DNA of 29,202 bases. Origin: a virus (lineage: Duplodnaviria > Caudoviricetes). The stretch is from positions 1-29,202 of IMG/VR virus record IMGVR_UViG_3300037706_000026, one strand, 5' to 3'. Shown in pieces: positions 26,740 through 29,202 of this stretch. Each line of letters starts with the position of its first letter. The first letter of the stretch is position 1. The position numbers and the translations under genes are program-made. The notes under the pieces are model-generated. The model was not told where the DNA came from. It saw only the letters and a list, made by a program, of their open reading frames with translations, and did no database searches.

Positions 26740-26780
26740 TGACCCGCTGACCGGTACGGGGACGCCCAGTCAGCGGGTCA
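26740..26780. terminator. hairpin between convergent genes
   Basis: TGACCCGCTGAC / GTCAGCGGGTCA 12-bp perfect stem. Confidence 0.7.
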
Positions 26781-26796
26781 CGGCCAACGATAGACC

Positions 26797-27501
26797 CTAG
26801 ACCTTCCACGCCGGTTTCAAGACGCTGACCGCACCCACCAGGGTGAGGCCGCGTACGCCGTGCGCTGGCCACTTCTCGATAGACACAGGCGATGATGCTG
26901 CCTGCGCCTGGAACGTCGGGTCGAGGCCAGGGATCACCGACCCGGTGCAGCAGAGACGTCCCCGGGAGTCTTCGAACGCACGTACCAGCGCCCACGCGCG
27001 GGAGGTGTTCTCGTGGTGCTGGCGCTGTTCTTCCAGGCTCATCCGGATGTCGGCGTGGGTGGTGCCAGCGACCAGGGCGCCGACACGGATCACCTCACCG
27101 TTGTCGAGGGTCAGCGTGGAGGTGTGGAAGTTCGACAGCTTCGGGTCCGGGTCACGCTCGTACTTCACGCACGTTGACGTGTCACCGTTCCGGAAGCAGC
27201 CGCTCCCGGCGAGCATCCCGAACACGTGCCCGTCCCTGGAGACCTGGAGTGGGGTCTCATCCTTCCCGCCGTCCCACACCTCGAAGTGCTCTGGGGGGTA
27301 GGTGGCGACAGCGGCGGCTGCGGTGATGGAGGCTGTCAGCGGGCCGCCTTCGGGTTCGCCGGCGGGCTGTTCCTCGCACTCGGTGCAGGGCTCAGGTTCC
27401 ACGATCTCGGCACGCACCGGTTCAGCGGAAGCTGCTGCGGCGGTACGGAACGCGTCCATGGTGCGTGCGGCTCGGAAGGCACGCAGGGTCTCATCACTCA
27501 T
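26797..27501 (-). CDS. putative capsid maturation protease
   Basis: Follows the portal; GHVFG, FHT, VGAL...THA and LVGAVSV...PAW motifs as in cluster-B-like phages; GAGGAG SD before ATG 27501. Confidence 0.65.
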   Translation of the reverse strand: MSDETLRAFRAARTMDAFRTAAAASAEPVRAEIVEPEPCTECEEQPAGEPEGGPLTASITAAAAVATYPPEHFEVWDGGKDETPLQVSRDGHVFGMLAGSGCFRNGDTSTCVKYERDPDPKLSNFHTSTLTLDNGEVIRVGALVAGTTHADIRMSLEEQRQHHENTSRAWALVRAFEDSRGRLCCTGSVIPGLDPTFQAQAASSPVSIEKWPAHGVRGLTLVGAVSVLKPAWKV

Positions 27502-27674
27502 CAGGTGCTCCTCACCAGTTCGAACGTTGCCACACACAGGCACCCGGCATGGTCCTGCGGATACCAGTTGATCCCCTCAGACAGGATGAACCCCTGCGGC
27601 GGGATCTCCCGCCCATCGAGGCTCATGTGCTTCGGGTGGGGGTTGGGTCCCCGGTAGGCGTGGTGCCAGATCCT
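27501..27674 (-). CDS. MuF-like segment in the -1 frame of the portal gene
   Basis: RIWHHAYRGPNPHPKHMSLDGREIPPQGFILSEGINWYPQDHAGCLCVATFELVRST; its stop overlaps the protease ATG (TGATG). Confidence 0.6.
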   Translation of the reverse strand, partial: RIWHHAYRGPNPHPKHMSLDGREIPPQGFILSEGINWYPQDHAGCLCVATFELVRST

Positions 27675-29200
27675 TTTCCCGGCACCACCCCATACTGTTG
27701 CGCCATCGCGGACACCGACCTCCGTCCCAGCGCGATCCCAGCAGGCGACACCGGGAACCCTGCAGCCGACACCACCGGGTTGACCTCCGGGTCACCGGAG
27801 CCACCGAGGATCGAGTTGACCCGCAGCGACGCACGCCACGTCTCCGCATCCCCCGTGCCACCCTCACGGCGTGCCGCGACGACCTTGCTGACCTCGGTAC
27901 GGAACACCCCGAACGCGTCCATCTGGTCGGCCTTCGCCGGATGCAGCTCCACCCCAGCGTCACGGAGACGACGGAACGCCCGCTCCGTGAACCGGTCAAA
28001 CTGGGGCTCGAACTTGCTGGCGGTGTCCTCGATCGTCTCCGCCTGGTTGGGGATGTCCTGGGTGTACGCGATCGCGACCTGCTGGTTCGGGACATCGGGT
28101 AGGTCGACCTTGCCGCCCTGGGCTACGGACCGCAGCCGCGCGCCGAGACGTTCCAGGGACCGATCGGCCGCATCCGAGACGAGGTCGGTCATCATCTCAC
28201 CGAACTCGACATCGAGCTGTGCGAGCCTGCGGGGGTCGGGCTGGTCGGCGGCCGCCGTGATCGCCTTCGGCTGCTCGACCACCTGCACCGCAGCAGCCTG
28301 GGCGGGTTCCTCGGAGGCAGGGCCGGCGTCGCTGGTGCCGTTCGTCCGGGCGCGTTTCGCCTCGGCCATCGCGAGAACACCAGGCCCCAGGTCTTCGGGG
28401 GCAGCACCGAGCTGTTCGGCAGTCCACTCATCCTTGACGATCCCCAGCTCTGCCGCCTTCAACGCGTCCGCGATCGTGGGACGCCGCTTCAGAAGGTTGC
28501 CCGGGTCGGGCTTCAGGTCGATGTCGGTGGAAGGCTTCCCGTCTGCGTCGGGGTTGCCGAGGAGCAGCTCCATCGCAGAAGCGAACCCCTCACCGATCGG
28601 GGACGCGAGGGGTTCGACGTGGTTGAGGTAGTTGTCCTCCGAGATCAGCCATGCACCCCAGTGGTTGGCGTCACCGGATCCGAGGAGCAGCTCACGGGGG
28701 ATGTCGAGGATCGTTGCTAGCTGCCCAATCAGCTTGTCGATCCGCTCATGGAGCTTGTCGTCCAGGTCTCCCGTGAAGTCGAACTCTTTGATCGCGTCGA
28801 TGGTGTCCTGCGGGAGGAAGACGAAGTTCGGCACCACGGCCGCCGTAGACATCTCGTCGGCGAGTGGTGCGGTGATTACGTCGGTCAGTTCTTGCTCGAA
28901 CTTCTGTCGGTCCTGTCCGACCGCTTCCAGAGGGAAAACGACCGTCTTCAACTGGGCCGTACGCGAGCGGGCCATCGCACGCGACTGCCCGCGTGCGAGG
29001 ATCAGCTCACGACCGATGTCCAACGCAGCGAGGACCGGGGAGTCGAGACGCTGTGCGGGGGTCTGCGGGTCAGGGTTCTCGACCTTCACCACGATCGAAG
29101 CAGACTCCAGCTTCTTCTTGGTCGGCCCATCGGCGGGATTGTTGAGGACATCCCACGTGTCACCCATCTTCGCCAGGTGATACCCGCCCGCGACCTGCAG
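27623..29200 (-). CDS. portal protein (5'-truncated)
   Basis: Frame open to the window edge; LATILDIPRELLLGSGDANHWGAWLI and AAVVP motifs of actinophage portals. Confidence 0.85.
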   Translation of the reverse strand: MQVAGGYHLAKMGDTWDVLNNPADGPTKKKLESASIVVKVENPDPQTPAQRLDSPVLAALDIGRELILARGQSRAMARSRTAQLKTVVFPLEAVGQDRQKFEQELTDVITAPLADEMSTAAVVPNFVFLPQDTIDAIKEFDFTGDLDDKLHERIDKLIGQLATILDIPRELLLGSGDANHWGAWLISEDNYLNHVEPLASPIGEGFASAMELLLGNPDADGKPSTDIDLKPDPGNLLKRRPTIADALKAAELGIVKDEWTAEQLGAAPEDLGPGVLAMAEAKRARTNGTSDAGPASEEPAQAAAVQVVEQPKAITAAADQPDPRRLAQLDVEFGEMMTDLVSDAADRSLERLGARLRSVAQGGKVDLPDVPNQQVAIAYTQDIPNQAETIEDTASKFEPQFDRFTERAFRRLRDAGVELHPAKADQMDAFGVFRTEVSKVVAARREGGTGDAETWRASLRVNSILGGSGDPEVNPVVSAAGFPVSPAGIALGRRSVSAMAQQYGVVPGKGSGTTPTGDPTPTRST

Positions 29201-29202
29201 GT

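Noticed and set aside
27577-28095. 172-aa overlapping minus-strand ORF as the portal extension
   Set aside because: It is the +1 frame, Arg-rich and without motifs; the -1 frame is the one with MuF-like residues and coupling to the next gene.

Overview
GC-rich fragment of a tailed (sipho-type) actinobacteriophage genome. No integrase, att site, tRNA, rRNA or CRISPR is visible. 1-7187 (+): early/middle region of small, overlapping genes, including a Rad52/Sak-like annealase, a PD-(D/E)XK Holliday junction resolvase, HTH proteins and an EEP-family phosphoesterase, driven by a family of TAGTTGACA-N17 promoters. 7288-29200 (-): virion and lysis arm resembling mycobacteriophage cluster-B-type architecture: portal, maturation protease, two capsid proteins, major tail, adaptor, frameshifted tail chaperone, tape measure, tail proteins, holin and endolysin. 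The arms converge on a 16-bp hairpin at about 7200. Main oddities: (1) an in-phase G GGA AAA slippery site near the portal 3' end whose -1 frame encodes a MuF-like motif, so either a programmed portal-MuF fusion or a 1-nt error; (2) two glycosyltransferase-like genes and a sugar-O-methyltransferase-like gene scattered among virion genes, a candidate methylated virion-glycan system; (3) an opposite-strand island of 8 coupled small genes plus an HNH between protease and capsid; (4) a recurrent ACACACCAC motif at early gene starts. All calls come from reading motifs by eye; no database searches were run.
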